Assembly: GCA_964627035.1 (NCBI GenBank)
Contig: CAZVKN010000012.1
Location: forward strand, 22,925 to 86,924
Direction of reading: 5' to 3'
Source of the DNA: an uncultured bacterium
Lineage (GTDB): Bacteria > Electryoneota > AABM5-125-24 > Hatepunaeales > Hatepunaeaceae
DNA length: 64,000 nt
Positions 9,041 to 18,410 of the stretch are shown piece after piece; the first letter of the stretch is position 1, and each line of letters opens with the position of its first letter. The translations under genes and the position numbers were made by a program. The notes beneath the pieces were generated by a model. It had not been told where the DNA came from and did not search any database. It worked only from the letters and a program-made list of their open reading frames with translations.

Positions 9041-10042
9041 ATGAGCGGAATTACATTCCAGATGCCGGAAGCGATTGATGTTGATTATTCCACCTTCAGC
9101 ACTACTTATGGCAAATTCACGATCCAGCCTCTTGAACGGGGATATGGCAACACTCTTGGAAATTCCATTCGCAGAGTTTTGCTTGGATCACTCAGCGGTG
9201 CTGCGATAACATCAATTCATTTCGATGGGATTCTGCATGAATTTGGCACTATTGATGGTGTTAAGGAAGACGTCACTCAGATTATAATGGGGTTGAAAGG
9301 GGTTCGTTTCAAACTAATGAACCGTTACCCAGATAAAATTCGGCTCCACCTGAAGGGAGCGATGGAGCTGACTGCCAAGGATCTGCAGCAAGGTTCCGGT
9401 GAGTTTGAGATACTGAACCCGGATCATCATATCGCTTATCTGAACGAAGATGCAGACTTCAGATGTGAGATCATCGTCCGAAGCGGACGCGGCTACATCA
9501 TGTCCGAGGAGAACCGCGATGAGGATGCTCCTCTCGGCACTATTCCTGTAGATTCAATCTACACACCTATCGAGAAGGTTAAATATCTGGTCGAAAACAC
9601 CCGTATAGGTCATAGAACCGACTATGAACGGCTGATACTGGAAATATGGACAGACGGTTCTGTTACACCGGACGATGCTCTGACCCAAGCTGGTAAAATC
9701 CTTCGCGATCATATAATGCTATTCATCAACTTTGATATCATACCGATTGAGGACGAAGAAGGTGAGAATGATGAGGAGACTCTCCGAATACGTCGGCTGC
9801 TGCGCAAGCCTGTTGATGAACTTGATGTTTCAGTCAGAGCCGCCAACTGCCTGAAGGAAGCCAAAATCCGCACGATTGCGGATCTGGTTTCACGAGAAGA
9901 ACCGGAAATGTTGTCCTTTAAGAATTTCGGCAGAAAATCATTGATCGAACTAACCGAGATTTTGAAAGAGAGCGGTCTGGGATTCGGTTTTGATGTGGAA
10001 AAATATCTTGGACCGGGAACCATGCGACGACCCTCGCTTTAG
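9041..10042 (+). CDS. rpoA: DNA-directed RNA polymerase alpha subunit
   Basis: 333 aa. NTD plus alpha-CTD (DELDVSVRAANCLKEAKIRTIADL). Confidence 0.95.
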   Translation: MSGITFQMPEAIDVDYSTFSTTYGKFTIQPLERGYGNTLGNSIRRVLLGSLSGAAITSIHFDGILHEFGTIDGVKEDVTQIIMGLKGVRFKLMNRYPDKIRLHLKGAMELTAKDLQQGSGEFEILNPDHHIAYLNEDADFRCEIIVRSGRGYIMSEENRDEDAPLGTIPVDSIYTPIEKVKYLVENTRIGHRTDYERLILEIWTDGSVTPDDALTQAGKILRDHIMLFINFDIIPIEDEEGENDEETLRIRRLLRKPVDELDVSVRAANCLKEAKIRTIADLVSREEPEMLSFKNFGRKSLIELTEILKESGLGFGFDVEKYLGPGTMRRPSL

Positions 10043-10062
10043 ATTTACAAGAGACATATAAA

Positions 10063-10677
10063 ATGCGACACTTAAATAATAAACCTCACTTAAATCGCTC
10101 TGCCAGTCATAGACGAGCTTTGTTCGGAAATATGTCCGCATCGCTTTTCCTGCACCGCAAGATTACCACTACACTGGGCAAAGCGAAGCATGCACGGAAG
10201 TTCGCCGAACGGATGATTACATTTGCCCGAAAAGGTGACGTAGCTGCAAGACGCCATGTCCTACGTTTTATCCGCGACAAGGAAGCGGTTAAAAAACTGT
10301 TTGACGAATTGGGTCCTCATTTCAAGAACAGAAACGGCGGATATACCCGCATTATCAAACTCGGTCCTCGACGCGGTGATGCTGCACCGATGGCACTGCT
10401 TGAACTGGTCGGTTTTGACGATGCTGTCGTCGAGAAGACAAAGAAGAAAGCCAGGAAATCGAAACTGCAGCCGACGCAGGACGAACCTGCGGAAGAAGTA
10501 GAGGTTGAGGAAACCGCTGTTGAAGCCGCTGAAGAGGTCAGAACGGAGGAAGCGGTAGATGAGCCTGAGGCAAGTGAAGAAGTCAAAGCAGCCGATGTTG
10601 AAAGCGAGGATGCTACAGTAGCAGAAAAAGCACCGGAAGCTGAAGAGACCGAAGAGAATAAGGATAAATCAGAGTAG
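10063..10677 (+). CDS. rplQ: 50S ribosomal protein L17 with about 80-aa acidic (E/A-rich) C-terminal tail
   Basis: L17 core (RHLNNKPHLNRSASHRRALFGNM...GGYTRIIKLGPRRGD) followed by an E/A/V-rich extension. Confidence 0.92.
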   Translation: MRHLNNKPHLNRSASHRRALFGNMSASLFLHRKITTTLGKAKHARKFAERMITFARKGDVAARRHVLRFIRDKEAVKKLFDELGPHFKNRNGGYTRIIKLGPRRGDAAPMALLELVGFDDAVVEKTKKKARKSKLQPTQDEPAEEVEVEETAVEAAEEVRTEEAVDEPEASEEVKAADVESEDATVAEKAPEAEETEENKDKSE

Positions 10678-10764
10678 GAACATAGCCTGAGAAGTCTTCT
10701 ATACATGATACTTGAGCCAAATTGAATTTGAGATTACGGCTGCAAAAAACATGACACGGTTAGT

Positions 10765-10800
10765 TAAAAGGTGACTCATTTTCGGGTCACCTTTTTGTTT
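10765..10800 (+). terminator. rho-independent terminator after rplQ
   Basis: aaaagGTGACtcattttcggGTCACCtttttgtttt: 7-bp GC stem followed by a T-run. Confidence 0.7.
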
Positions 10801-10805
10801 TGGTA

Positions 10806-10834
10806 TTGATATGTAGCTCGGCTCTCCGAAGCTG
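10806..10834. repeat. direct repeat copy 1 (family D) flanking the HExxH lipoprotein gene
   Basis: ttgatatgtagcTcggctctccgaagc. About 27/29 identity with 11583-11612. Confidence 0.75.
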
Positions 10835-10858
10835 GGATGTATCAAGTGAGGAATCTGG

Positions 10859-11579
10859 AATGATAAAATTGGGATTTGTATTTATCTTTCTATTAGCGGT
10901 TGGATGTCAAGATCCTGAACCTGAAAAATACATCATATCATTCAACACAGAAGTCGTTGATCCACCATCTAAGAGCGATGTAACCAAATGGAAAGCCACG
11001 ATCACAGAAGCGATAGACTCGATTTCTGGATATTTTGGAATTGAATACACAGATACCCTTCAAGTCTTCCTTGTTAATGATGGTTCTATTGAGGGTGGTT
11101 TAGGGCATATCTATATGACACCGTATTCGATTACCGGAAAAGAAGATATACTTCATGAGATTACGCATGCGATTGTACCTCTTAAAATTAGCTGCTTTTA
11201 TAACGAGGGACTTGCAGTCTTTATGTCAGAGTATTTTGCTGATAAGCCTTTCAGATTTAAGAGTGCTGATAAATGGGTAATGGAGCATCGTGATAGTTTG
11301 ATTAGTATTGAGAATCTTGCCAAAGATAATACTTGCTATCAAATTTATGGTGAGCTTGCAAAAAACTTAGGCTATGTGGAGGCAGGTTCATTCCATAAAT
11401 TCTTAAATGCGAAATATGGCAGAGATGCTTTGCGGGTATTAGTAGCTACGGGCGGAGCGGTTGACTATGTGAAGGCATTCGGTAAGGATTTGGCTGATTT
11501 AGAGAAGGAATGGCTTGAAAAGCTTTTCCCAACGGATACTCTTTCACTGAATTCTCACTTTCTTGGGAATGGTGAATAA
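10859..11579 (+). CDS. lipoprotein with HExxH...E (gluzincin-like) motif, putative metallopeptidase
   Basis: Lipobox LLAVGC. HEITHAIV followed by NEGLAVFMSEYF. The function call rests on the motif alone. Confidence 0.6.
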
Positions 11580-11582
11580 CCT

Positions 11583-11612
11583 TTGATATGTAGCACGGCT
11601 TCTCCGAAGCGG
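11583..11612. repeat. direct repeat copy 2 (family D)
   Basis: ttgatatgtagcAcggctTctccgaagc, immediately 3' of the lipoprotein stop. Confidence 0.75.
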
Positions 11613-11670
11613 TATTACCTTGGAAACAACCCCGGTTTCAGCGAAACCGGGCTACATAAAATCCCCATAT

Positions 11671-13356
11671 ATGCGGGAGCATAAACAATTTGGAGTCAAT
11701 ATGGACATTAGAGATTGGAAACTGATAACGGGGACTGAATTACGGTGCAAAGGATGGGTTCAGGAAGCGGCACTGCGGATGATGCTGCACAATCTACATC
11801 CTGATGTTGCCGAAAATCGTGACGAACTGATCGTTTACGGTGGAACCGGTAAAGCGGCGCGTAGTTGGGAAGCGGCGGGCGCTATTGCTGAGAGCCTCAT
11901 CAATCTTGAAGACTATGAGACATTACTGGTACAGTCGGGCAAACCTGTCGGTATCGTTACGACCCATCCCGATGCTCCGCGTGTATTGATCGCCAATGCC
12001 AATCTGGTGGGTAATTGGGCGAACTGGGATTATTTCCGTGAATTGGAGCGCAAAGGTCTAATCATGTTCGGTCAGATGACTGCTGGATCGTGGATCTACA
12101 TCGGTACTCAAGGAATCCTGCAAGGTACTTACGAGACATTAGCCGAACTCGCACGACAGCATTTCAACGGTTCACTCAAAGGCACATTAACCGTAACTGC
12201 CGGACTCGGTGGAATGGGTGGAGCACAACCGTTGTCGGTTACTATGAACGAAGGTGTTGCACTAATTGCTGAGGTGGATCCGGTTCGTATCAAACGCAGA
12301 TTGGATTTCCGCTATCTTGATCGCTCGACCGAGAACCTCGATGAAGCCATTGACTGGGCGTTGGAAGCGAAGGATAACAAGCGACCGCTGTCTGTCGGAG
12401 TATTGGCGAATGCAGTTGATCTGCTGAATCGGCTGATTGAGCGCGATATTACGCCGGATGTTGTAACCGATCAAACTTCCGCTCATGACGAGCTAAACGG
12501 CTATTATCCGTTAGGTTACACGTTTGATGAAGCAACAGAACTCCGCAAACGTGATCAGAAACAATACATCAAGCTTTCATATCAGACGATGGCTGAGCAT
12601 ATTAAAGGTATGGTCACGCTGTTGGATCGTGGTTCAATCGTATTTGACTACGGCAACAACCTTCGCGCTCAAGCCGAGAAAGGTGGAGCTGAACGTGCGT
12701 TTGATTTCCCCGGCTTTGTACCAGCTTACATCAGACCGCTGTTTTGCGAAGGTAAGGGACCGTTCCGTTGGGTAGCGCTGTCCGGTGATCCTGAAGATAT
12801 CTATCGCACCGATGAGAAGGTGCTGGAGATGTTCCCTGAAGATGAAGCGTTGTGCAGATGGATCAAGATGGCGGGGGAGAAGGTGGAACTTCAGGGGCTT
12901 CCTTCACGTATATGCTGGCTCGGTCTCGGTGAAAGGCACAGACTGGGATTAGCGTTCAACGAGATGGTCGCAAAGGGTGAACTGACCGCTCCAATTGCTA
13001 TCGGACGGGATCATCTTGATTGCGGATCCGTAGCATCACCGTATCGTGAGACCGAAGCAATGAAGGACGGCAGCGATGCGATTGCTGATTGGCCCATACT
13101 GAACGCACTTGTCAATGCGGTATCGGGAGCAAGTTGGGTATCGTATCATCATGGTGGCGGAGTCGGTATGGGTTATTCTCTCCATGCAGGTCAGGTTATA
13201 GTTGCTGAGGGAACGCCTGAAGCCGCCGCGCGGATTGCGAGAGTATTGTGGAACGACCCCGCTACCGGTGTGATCCGTCATGCTGATGCCGGATATGACA
13301 CTGCAATTGCTTGTGCTCACAAACTCGGCGTTAAGCTTCCAATGATTAACAAGTAA
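11671..13356 (+). CDS. hutU: urocanate hydratase
   Basis: Urocanase signatures: [49 protein letters not shown]. Start set at MREHKQ by length alignment. The ORF extends to 11620. Confidence 0.9.
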   Translation: MREHKQFGVNMDIRDWKLITGTELRCKGWVQEAALRMMLHNLHPDVAENRDELIVYGGTGKAARSWEAAGAIAESLINLEDYETLLVQSGKPVGIVTTHPDAPRVLIANANLVGNWANWDYFRELERKGLIMFGQMTAGSWIYIGTQGILQGTYETLAELARQHFNGSLKGTLTVTAGLGGMGGAQPLSVTMNEGVALIAEVDPVRIKRRLDFRYLDRSTENLDEAIDWALEAKDNKRPLSVGVLANAVDLLNRLIERDITPDVVTDQTSAHDELNGYYPLGYTFDEATELRKRDQKQYIKLSYQTMAEHIKGMVTLLDRGSIVFDYGNNLRAQAEKGGAERAFDFPGFVPAYIRPLFCEGKGPFRWVALSGDPEDIYRTDEKVLEMFPEDEALCRWIKMAGEKVELQGLPSRICWLGLGERHRLGLAFNEMVAKGELTAPIAIGRDHLDCGSVASPYRETEAMKDGSDAIADWPILNALVNAVSGASWVSYHHGGGVGMGYSLHAGQVIVAEGTPEAAARIARVLWNDPATGVIRHADAGYDTAIACAHKLGVKLPMINK

Positions 13357-13410
13357 TGTAGTCGTGATTGTCTCAACCACGATATGGGCTTGAGACAAGC
13401 CCGACTACAG
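13357..13410. repeat. REP-like double-hairpin element, family A copy 2
   Basis: tgTAGTCGTGATTGtctcAACCACGAT-atGGGCTTGagaCAAGCCCGACTACag. Near-identical to 7226-7282. Confidence 0.85.
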
Positions 13411-13423
13411 AAAGGAGTAAATC

Positions 13424-13645
13424 ATGGCTAATATTCCTGCAAAGATGGTTTTCAAACTGCTTGCCATCCTCGGCGGGATAATCTTGTTTTTCGTCATTCT
13501 GGCTTGGATTTCGTTTCTGATTCTCCAGAGAATCGGTATAATCTACGACGATAAGCCGGATAAAGGTGGCAGCAAGTGGCAAGTTTCGGTGATCGAGCCG
13601 GAACCGGAGTTCTGTGTCCGCTATCGCCATGAAACACAGACTTGA
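13424..13645 (+). CDS. small hypothetical membrane protein (73 aa)
   Basis: Good SD (aaaggag), hydrophobic core. No recognisable family. Confidence 0.5.
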   Translation: MANIPAKMVFKLLAILGGIILFFVILAWISFLILQRIGIIYDDKPDKGGSKWQVSVIEPEPEFCVRYRHETQT

Positions 13646-13715
13646 CTTGAACGCCGCATTAAGGAACGAAATGTTTCCGATCCAATATTAGCAAACAATT
13701 TTCCCCACCAACATT

Positions 13716-14135
13716 ATGAAAGTAATTACCAAAACAATTGAGTTGTCCACCAAGGGCTTTCCGACGATCATTGACCTAAGCCGTCAGATCGGGTCGTTTC
13801 TGATGGACGCAGATGTTTCAGATGGATTGCTGACCGTCTTTGTTCCAGGTTCAACTGCAGGCGTGACCACCATCGAGTACGAGCCGGGACTGCTGAAAGA
13901 TCTACCTGCGCTGTGCGAAAAGCTTGCACCGCGCGGTGTGACCTATCAGCATGATGCTACCTGGCATGACGGTAATGGATACGCACACCTGCTGGCTGCA
14001 CTCTTTAAGCCGTCGTTATCTGTGCCAATGGAGAACGGTAATCCGATCCTCGGCACATGGCAGCAGGTTGTGCTGATGGATTTCGACAACCGCGCCCGAA
14101 CCCGCCGATTGGTTCTGCAGGTGATAGGGGAATAA
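13716..14135 (+). CDS. yjbQ: YjbQ/UPF0047 family protein (secondary thiamine-phosphate synthase-like)
   Basis: GLLTVFVPGSTAGV...GTWQQVVLMDFD pattern typical of the YjbQ family. Confidence 0.8.
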   Translation: MKVITKTIELSTKGFPTIIDLSRQIGSFLMDADVSDGLLTVFVPGSTAGVTTIEYEPGLLKDLPALCEKLAPRGVTYQHDATWHDGNGYAHLLAALFKPSLSVPMENGNPILGTWQQVVLMDFDNRARTRRLVLQVIGE

Positions 14136-14167
14136 AGGGTATCGAGTTCAACCTTTAGGTTGTTTCC

Positions 14168-14193
14168 CACGCTAAAGCGTGAACTCTGAACTG
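14168..14193. repeat. family E element copy 1 (within a triple-hairpin region 14146-14216)
   Basis: cacgctaaagcgtgaactctgaactg. Its reverse complement recurs at 30131-30156. Flanked by caacctTTaggttg and cagcctTTaggctg hairpins. Confidence 0.8.
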
Positions 14194-14240
14194 TTTAGAG
14201 TACAGCCTTTAGGCTGTTCTTCGATTAACTTAAGGCAATT

Positions 14241-15062
14241 GTGAGCAACCAAAAAACTCAAAATAAACTCCCCCCATTTGAACGAAAACTGATCTCTTGG
14301 GGAAAACGCAAGAAAGCGGGGGATCGCCGTAGCGGTGAACTTGGCATCTTTCTCGAAGGCTCAAAGCTTTTAACGGAAGCACTTCAGGCTAATCATCCTT
14401 TGACAGCAGTCTGGTACACGCCAAGGTTTGCTGCATCAGAGCCCGGGTTGCTGCACCGTTTGAAGGAGATGGAACTTCAACGATTCAGAGAAGTTTCACA
14501 GAGGATGATGAATACGATCAGTGATATGAGTACACCTCCTGGAATTGCTGCGGTTGCTGTACAACCCGGATTTATTTACCGCGAGCCGAGCGATCCGTTT
14601 TCGCTGATTGTTGTGCTGCTATTGGTGCAAGATCCGGGTAATCTTGGTACAGTCATCAGAACAGCGGATTATTTCGGTGCGGATGAACTGTGGCTCGGTC
14701 ACGGTTCCGTTGATCCATATAGCCCCAAGGTTTTGCGAGGCACGATGGGCAGCAGTTTTCGGCTACCGGTGGTTCGTGTGAATGATCTTGAAAAACGGGT
14801 CAATCGCTTTAAGCAGACCGGTGCATCAATTTGGGCAGCGGTAGCCCATGATGAGAAGGCGGACTTAAAGATTACCACAACCGGGTCAACAATTTTGATG
14901 ATTGGAGGGGAAAGCAAAGGACTACAATCTCATGAAATTGCACTCGCTGATCACAGGATTTATATACCCGGAGCAAAACGATCTGAATCGCTGAATCTTT
15001 CTGTGGCAGCTGGTATTCTGATCTATTCAGCCACGTCCGGCAGATTGATTCAGCAGCTTTGA
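14241..15062 (+). CDS. SpoU/TrmH-family RNA 2'-O-methyltransferase
   Basis: SPOUT motifs LLLVQDPGNLGTVIRTADYFG, IGGESKGL and LNLSVAAGILIY. GTG start. Confidence 0.85.
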   Translation: MSNQKTQNKLPPFERKLISWGKRKKAGDRRSGELGIFLEGSKLLTEALQANHPLTAVWYTPRFAASEPGLLHRLKEMELQRFREVSQRMMNTISDMSTPPGIAAVAVQPGFIYREPSDPFSLIVVLLLVQDPGNLGTVIRTADYFGADELWLGHGSVDPYSPKVLRGTMGSSFRLPVVRVNDLEKRVNRFKQTGASIWAAVAHDEKADLKITTTGSTILMIGGESKGLQSHEIALADHRIYIPGAKRSESLNLSVAAGILIYSATSGRLIQQL

Positions 15063-15183
15063 GCAGGCTCGACTTTGGTCTTGTCATCCATTGTTATAGA
15101 CCCTATTATTGCTTAACTTGTGAAAATTAAAATTTGCCTCCAATCAGGGAGGCAACCTATAGAAAATAAGAGTATCAACAAAT

Positions 15184-15238
15184 AGTGATTTTGTAGTCGG
15201 GGTTGTCCTCAACCCCGACTACAGATGATAAAATCACT
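15184..15238. repeat. family A copy 3 with extended outer inverted repeat
   Basis: AGTGATTTTGTAGTCGGGGTTGtcctcAACCCCGACTACAgatgatAAAATCACT. Confidence 0.85.
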
Positions 15239-15290
15239 ACAAAGTTGACACTCTCTATAAATTATTGTGGGGGGATAATTGGAGGAGGCT

Positions 15291-17243
15291 ATGACCATTA
15301 ACAAACTTTTCGTTGTACTGCTTACCGTCACTCTATTGCTCACGCTCGGTTGCGGAGGCAAGAAGGAGCAGGATGAAGTTGCTGAGAAACCTTGGGTAAC
15401 ACTACCGGGCGACACAATCTCACATGAATATCTAACGACTATTCCTCCTGAAATGGGCGGCGTCGGTTTTGACAGAGAAGGATGGCAAAACAACGATGAC
15501 TACCCGTCCTCCGCTGATCCACGTGGCATCGAAGGTGGTCTGCTTAGGCTGCAGACAGTCAGCTTTCCGTCAACGGTTCGAAACATCGGCAAAGACTCCA
15601 ACAGTTGGATCAATTCCCTGATTGCAGGCATGACCTACGAAGGCCTGATCAGCGTAAGCTCCAATACCTTAGAGACAATCCCCAGCCTGGCAACCGACTG
15701 GAAAATTGAAGTTGACGAAACTGATACAGAACGTCCGCAAACCTTCTATTTCAGAATCAATCCGAAAGCAAAATGGGCGGACGGTAGTCCTGTTACTGCT
15801 TATGACGTTCTTGCCTCGTGGAAACTGCGGATGGACGAGACAATCCTGTTTCCATCCACTCAGTTGACATTCGGTCAGTATTATGAGCCTGAAGTAGTCA
15901 GCCCGTACATCGTCAAGATCAGCACAAAAGAGCTGAACTGGCGACTGTTCCTGTATATCGGAGCTATGGCAATTCTGCCGCAGAAAGAAATTGGGCACTA
16001 TACAGGCAAAGAGTATTTAAAAGAGTTCCAATTCAAAATGGTGATGGGTTCCGGTGGATATGAACTGAAACCTGACGGTATCGTCAAAGGTCGCTCGCTG
16101 ACCATTACAAAACGGAAAGGATATTGGGACGAAGATAACCCGATAGGTGAAGGTAGTGGCAACTTCGATGCAATTAAATGGATTGTGGTAGCGGATGAAC
16201 GGCTCGCATTCGAGAAATTTAAGAAAGGTGAAATTGATATATATCAGATCGGTCGTGCCCAATGGTGGGTGGAACAGACCGACTTTGACAACATAAAGCG
16301 GGGTCTGGTTCAGAAGAGAAAGATCTACAATGATGAAGCGCAAGGCACAGCCGGATTGGTGTTCAACATGCGCAAGCCTCCATTTGATGACCTGAAAGTA
16401 CGTCAGGCTGTCAGTCACATCCTCAACCGCAAGAAATTGATTGAAAAACTGTTCTTCAACGAATACGAATATATTGACAGCTACTACCCCGGTGGAATTT
16501 ATGAAAATCCAACCAATCCGAAATATCGCTATGATCCCGAACTCGCTGTTAAACTGCTTGCAGAAGCTGGCTGGCGTGAGAGGAATGATGAAGGCTGGCT
16601 GATGAATGACAAGGGGGAGCTCTTTGAGATTGATCTGATGTTTGCCTTGAAGGGATGGGAGAGAATTTTTACCGTAATGCAGGAAGATCTGGCAACAGTG
16701 GGAATCAAGCTTAATTTGAAGCAGTCAACTGGTCCAACAATGTTCAAGATGGTTATGCAGAGGAAATTTACGGTGCACTGGCAAGGCTGGACCGGGTTGA
16801 CATTCCCCAATCCCGAAACCTCATTTTCGTCTGCACTTGCTGATCAGGACAATACAAACAACATCTCAGGTGTGAAGAACGCAAGAATTGATGAACTGCT
16901 AAAAGAGTACAATGTCACTTACAGCCAACCGCGCCGCATCGAGATTATCCGTGAGATAGACGGCATACTGATGCAGATCAGACCCTATGCACTCGGTTGG
17001 TACGGACCTTATGCCCGTCTTCTCTATTGGAATAAGTTCGGACATCCTGAAAGTTACACCACGAGAACTTCTGCATGGTACAATGCCATTCCGGCACTGT
17101 GGTGGATTGATCCTGAGAAAGAGAAGCGATTGGAGGAAGCAAAGAAAGATCCGTCAATCCAGCTTGAGGTTGGGAAGACAGAGATGACCTACTGGCGTGA
17201 TCAAGAGAAAGCACACGGACGTAAATACACTTCTGATTTTTAA
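15291..17243 (+). CDS. ABC transporter substrate-binding lipoprotein (family 5, peptide/opp-like)
   Basis: Lipobox LLLTLGCGG. SBP_bac_5 architecture. ATG preceded by GGAGGAGG. A TTG at 15279 is also possible. Confidence 0.85.
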   Translation: MTINKLFVVLLTVTLLLTLGCGGKKEQDEVAEKPWVTLPGDTISHEYLTTIPPEMGGVGFDREGWQNNDDYPSSADPRGIEGGLLRLQTVSFPSTVRNIGKDSNSWINSLIAGMTYEGLISVSSNTLETIPSLATDWKIEVDETDTERPQTFYFRINPKAKWADGSPVTAYDVLASWKLRMDETILFPSTQLTFGQYYEPEVVSPYIVKISTKELNWRLFLYIGAMAILPQKEIGHYTGKEYLKEFQFKMVMGSGGYELKPDGIVKGRSLTITKRKGYWDEDNPIGEGSGNFDAIKWIVVADERLAFEKFKKGEIDIYQIGRAQWWVEQTDFDNIKRGLVQKRKIYNDEAQGTAGLVFNMRKPPFDDLKVRQAVSHILNRKKLIEKLFFNEYEYIDSYYPGGIYENPTNPKYRYDPELAVKLLAEAGWRERNDEGWLMNDKGELFEIDLMFALKGWERIFTVMQEDLATVGIKLNLKQSTGPTMFKMVMQRKFTVHWQGWTGLTFPNPETSFSSALADQDNTNNISGVKNARIDELLKEYNVTYSQPRRIEIIREIDGILMQIRPYALGWYGPYARLLYWNKFGHPESYTTRTSAWYNAIPALWWIDPEKEKRLEEAKKDPSIQLEVGKTEMTYWRDQEKAHGRKYTSDF

Positions 17244-17254
17244 AAGAATTATCT

Positions 17255-17322
17255 TCACCACCAAGCTACAAAGATACCAAATTAAGAACTTTCTTCTTTG
17301 TGTCTTGGTGACTTGGTGGTTG
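17255..17322. repeat. family F imperfect palindrome copy 1
   Basis: tcACCACCAAGctacaaagataccaa...ctttgtgtcttggtgaCTTGGTGGTt. Homologous to 47922-47989. Confidence 0.75.
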
Positions 17323-17351
17323 TAAATAACAGCATTTAATAGGGACAGTGA

Positions 17352-18401
17352 ATGGGTGGACTGACCAGTTATTTTATTCGTCGTATCCTGCTGACGATTC
17401 CGACCTTTTTCGGAATTACTATCATCTTTTTCTTCATCCTCCAGATAGTTCCGGGTGGACCGCTGGAACAGGAAGTTATGAAACTTCGCGCAGGGATGGC
17501 TGCGATGGGAGAAGCATCAGGTGGTTCGGCAATCGGCAGTGGTGAGCCGATGGAGATACCGGAAGAAGCTCTTGAAGAGATGAAGAAATTTTACGGCATG
17601 GACAAGCCGATTCACATCCGCTATATCACCTGGATTTGGAATGTCCTTCATTTTGACCTTGGCAGGTCATATGTATATGCTGAACCTGTATGGGATGTGA
17701 TCAAGAGCAGATTCCCAATATCAATCTACTTCGGTCTGATCGGATTCCTATTGAGCTATTCAATCTGTATCCCTCTCGGTGTCGCTAAAGCGGTCAAGCA
17801 CGGATCTCCGTTTGACCTCGGTTCAAGTGTCTTGGTCTTTATCGGTTATTCAATACCCGGCTGGGCGTTGGGAGCTGTGTTACTCGTGTTGCTTGGCGGT
17901 GGCAGCTTTTGGGATGTTTTTCCTCTCGGTGAGTTCCGTAGCGAGCATTGGGATTCGATGACAGTTATCGGAAAGATGGTTGATCAGGTTCACCATACAA
18001 TTCTGCCCGTGATCGCTTACATGATCGGTGGCTTCGCCACGATGACAATCCTGATGAAAAACTCATTGATGGAAAATCTCGGTCAGGATTACGTCCGTAC
18101 CGCTTTTGCCAAAGGACTACCTGAGAAGCGAGTGGTGTTCATCCATGCTCTGCGCAACTCTCTGATCCCACTGGCGACCAGCATAGGAGGTCTGATCGGG
18201 ATCTTCCTTGCGGGATCGTATTTGATTGAAAAGACCTTCAATATCAACGGGCTCGGTATGCTTGGTTATATGTCCATTATCTACCGTGACTATCCGGTCA
18301 CACTTGGATTTCTGGTCATAGGGGGTATGATTCGTTTGATCGGCAACATAATCTCGGATATGGCGTATGCTACAATTGATCCGCGGATTCGCTTCAAATA
18401 G
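17352..18401 (+). CDS. ABC transporter permease (OppB/DppB-like)
   Basis: BPD_transp_1 permease, 6 TM. Conserved C-terminal IDPRIRF. Confidence 0.88.
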   Translation: MGGLTSYFIRRILLTIPTFFGITIIFFFILQIVPGGPLEQEVMKLRAGMAAMGEASGGSAIGSGEPMEIPEEALEEMKKFYGMDKPIHIRYITWIWNVLHFDLGRSYVYAEPVWDVIKSRFPISIYFGLIGFLLSYSICIPLGVAKAVKHGSPFDLGSSVLVFIGYSIPGWALGAVLLVLLGGGSFWDVFPLGEFRSEHWDSMTVIGKMVDQVHHTILPVIAYMIGGFATMTILMKNSLMENLGQDYVRTAFAKGLPEKRVVFIHALRNSLIPLATSIGGLIGIFLAGSYLIEKTFNINGLGMLGYMSIIYRDYPVTLGFLVIGGMIRLIGNIISDMAYATIDPRIRFK

Positions 18402-18410
18402 GGTGTAAAG

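Noticed and set aside
17348-17545. 65-aa ORF overlapping the start of the OppB-like permease in another frame
   Set aside because: Overlaps a well-supported permease gene. Shadow ORF.
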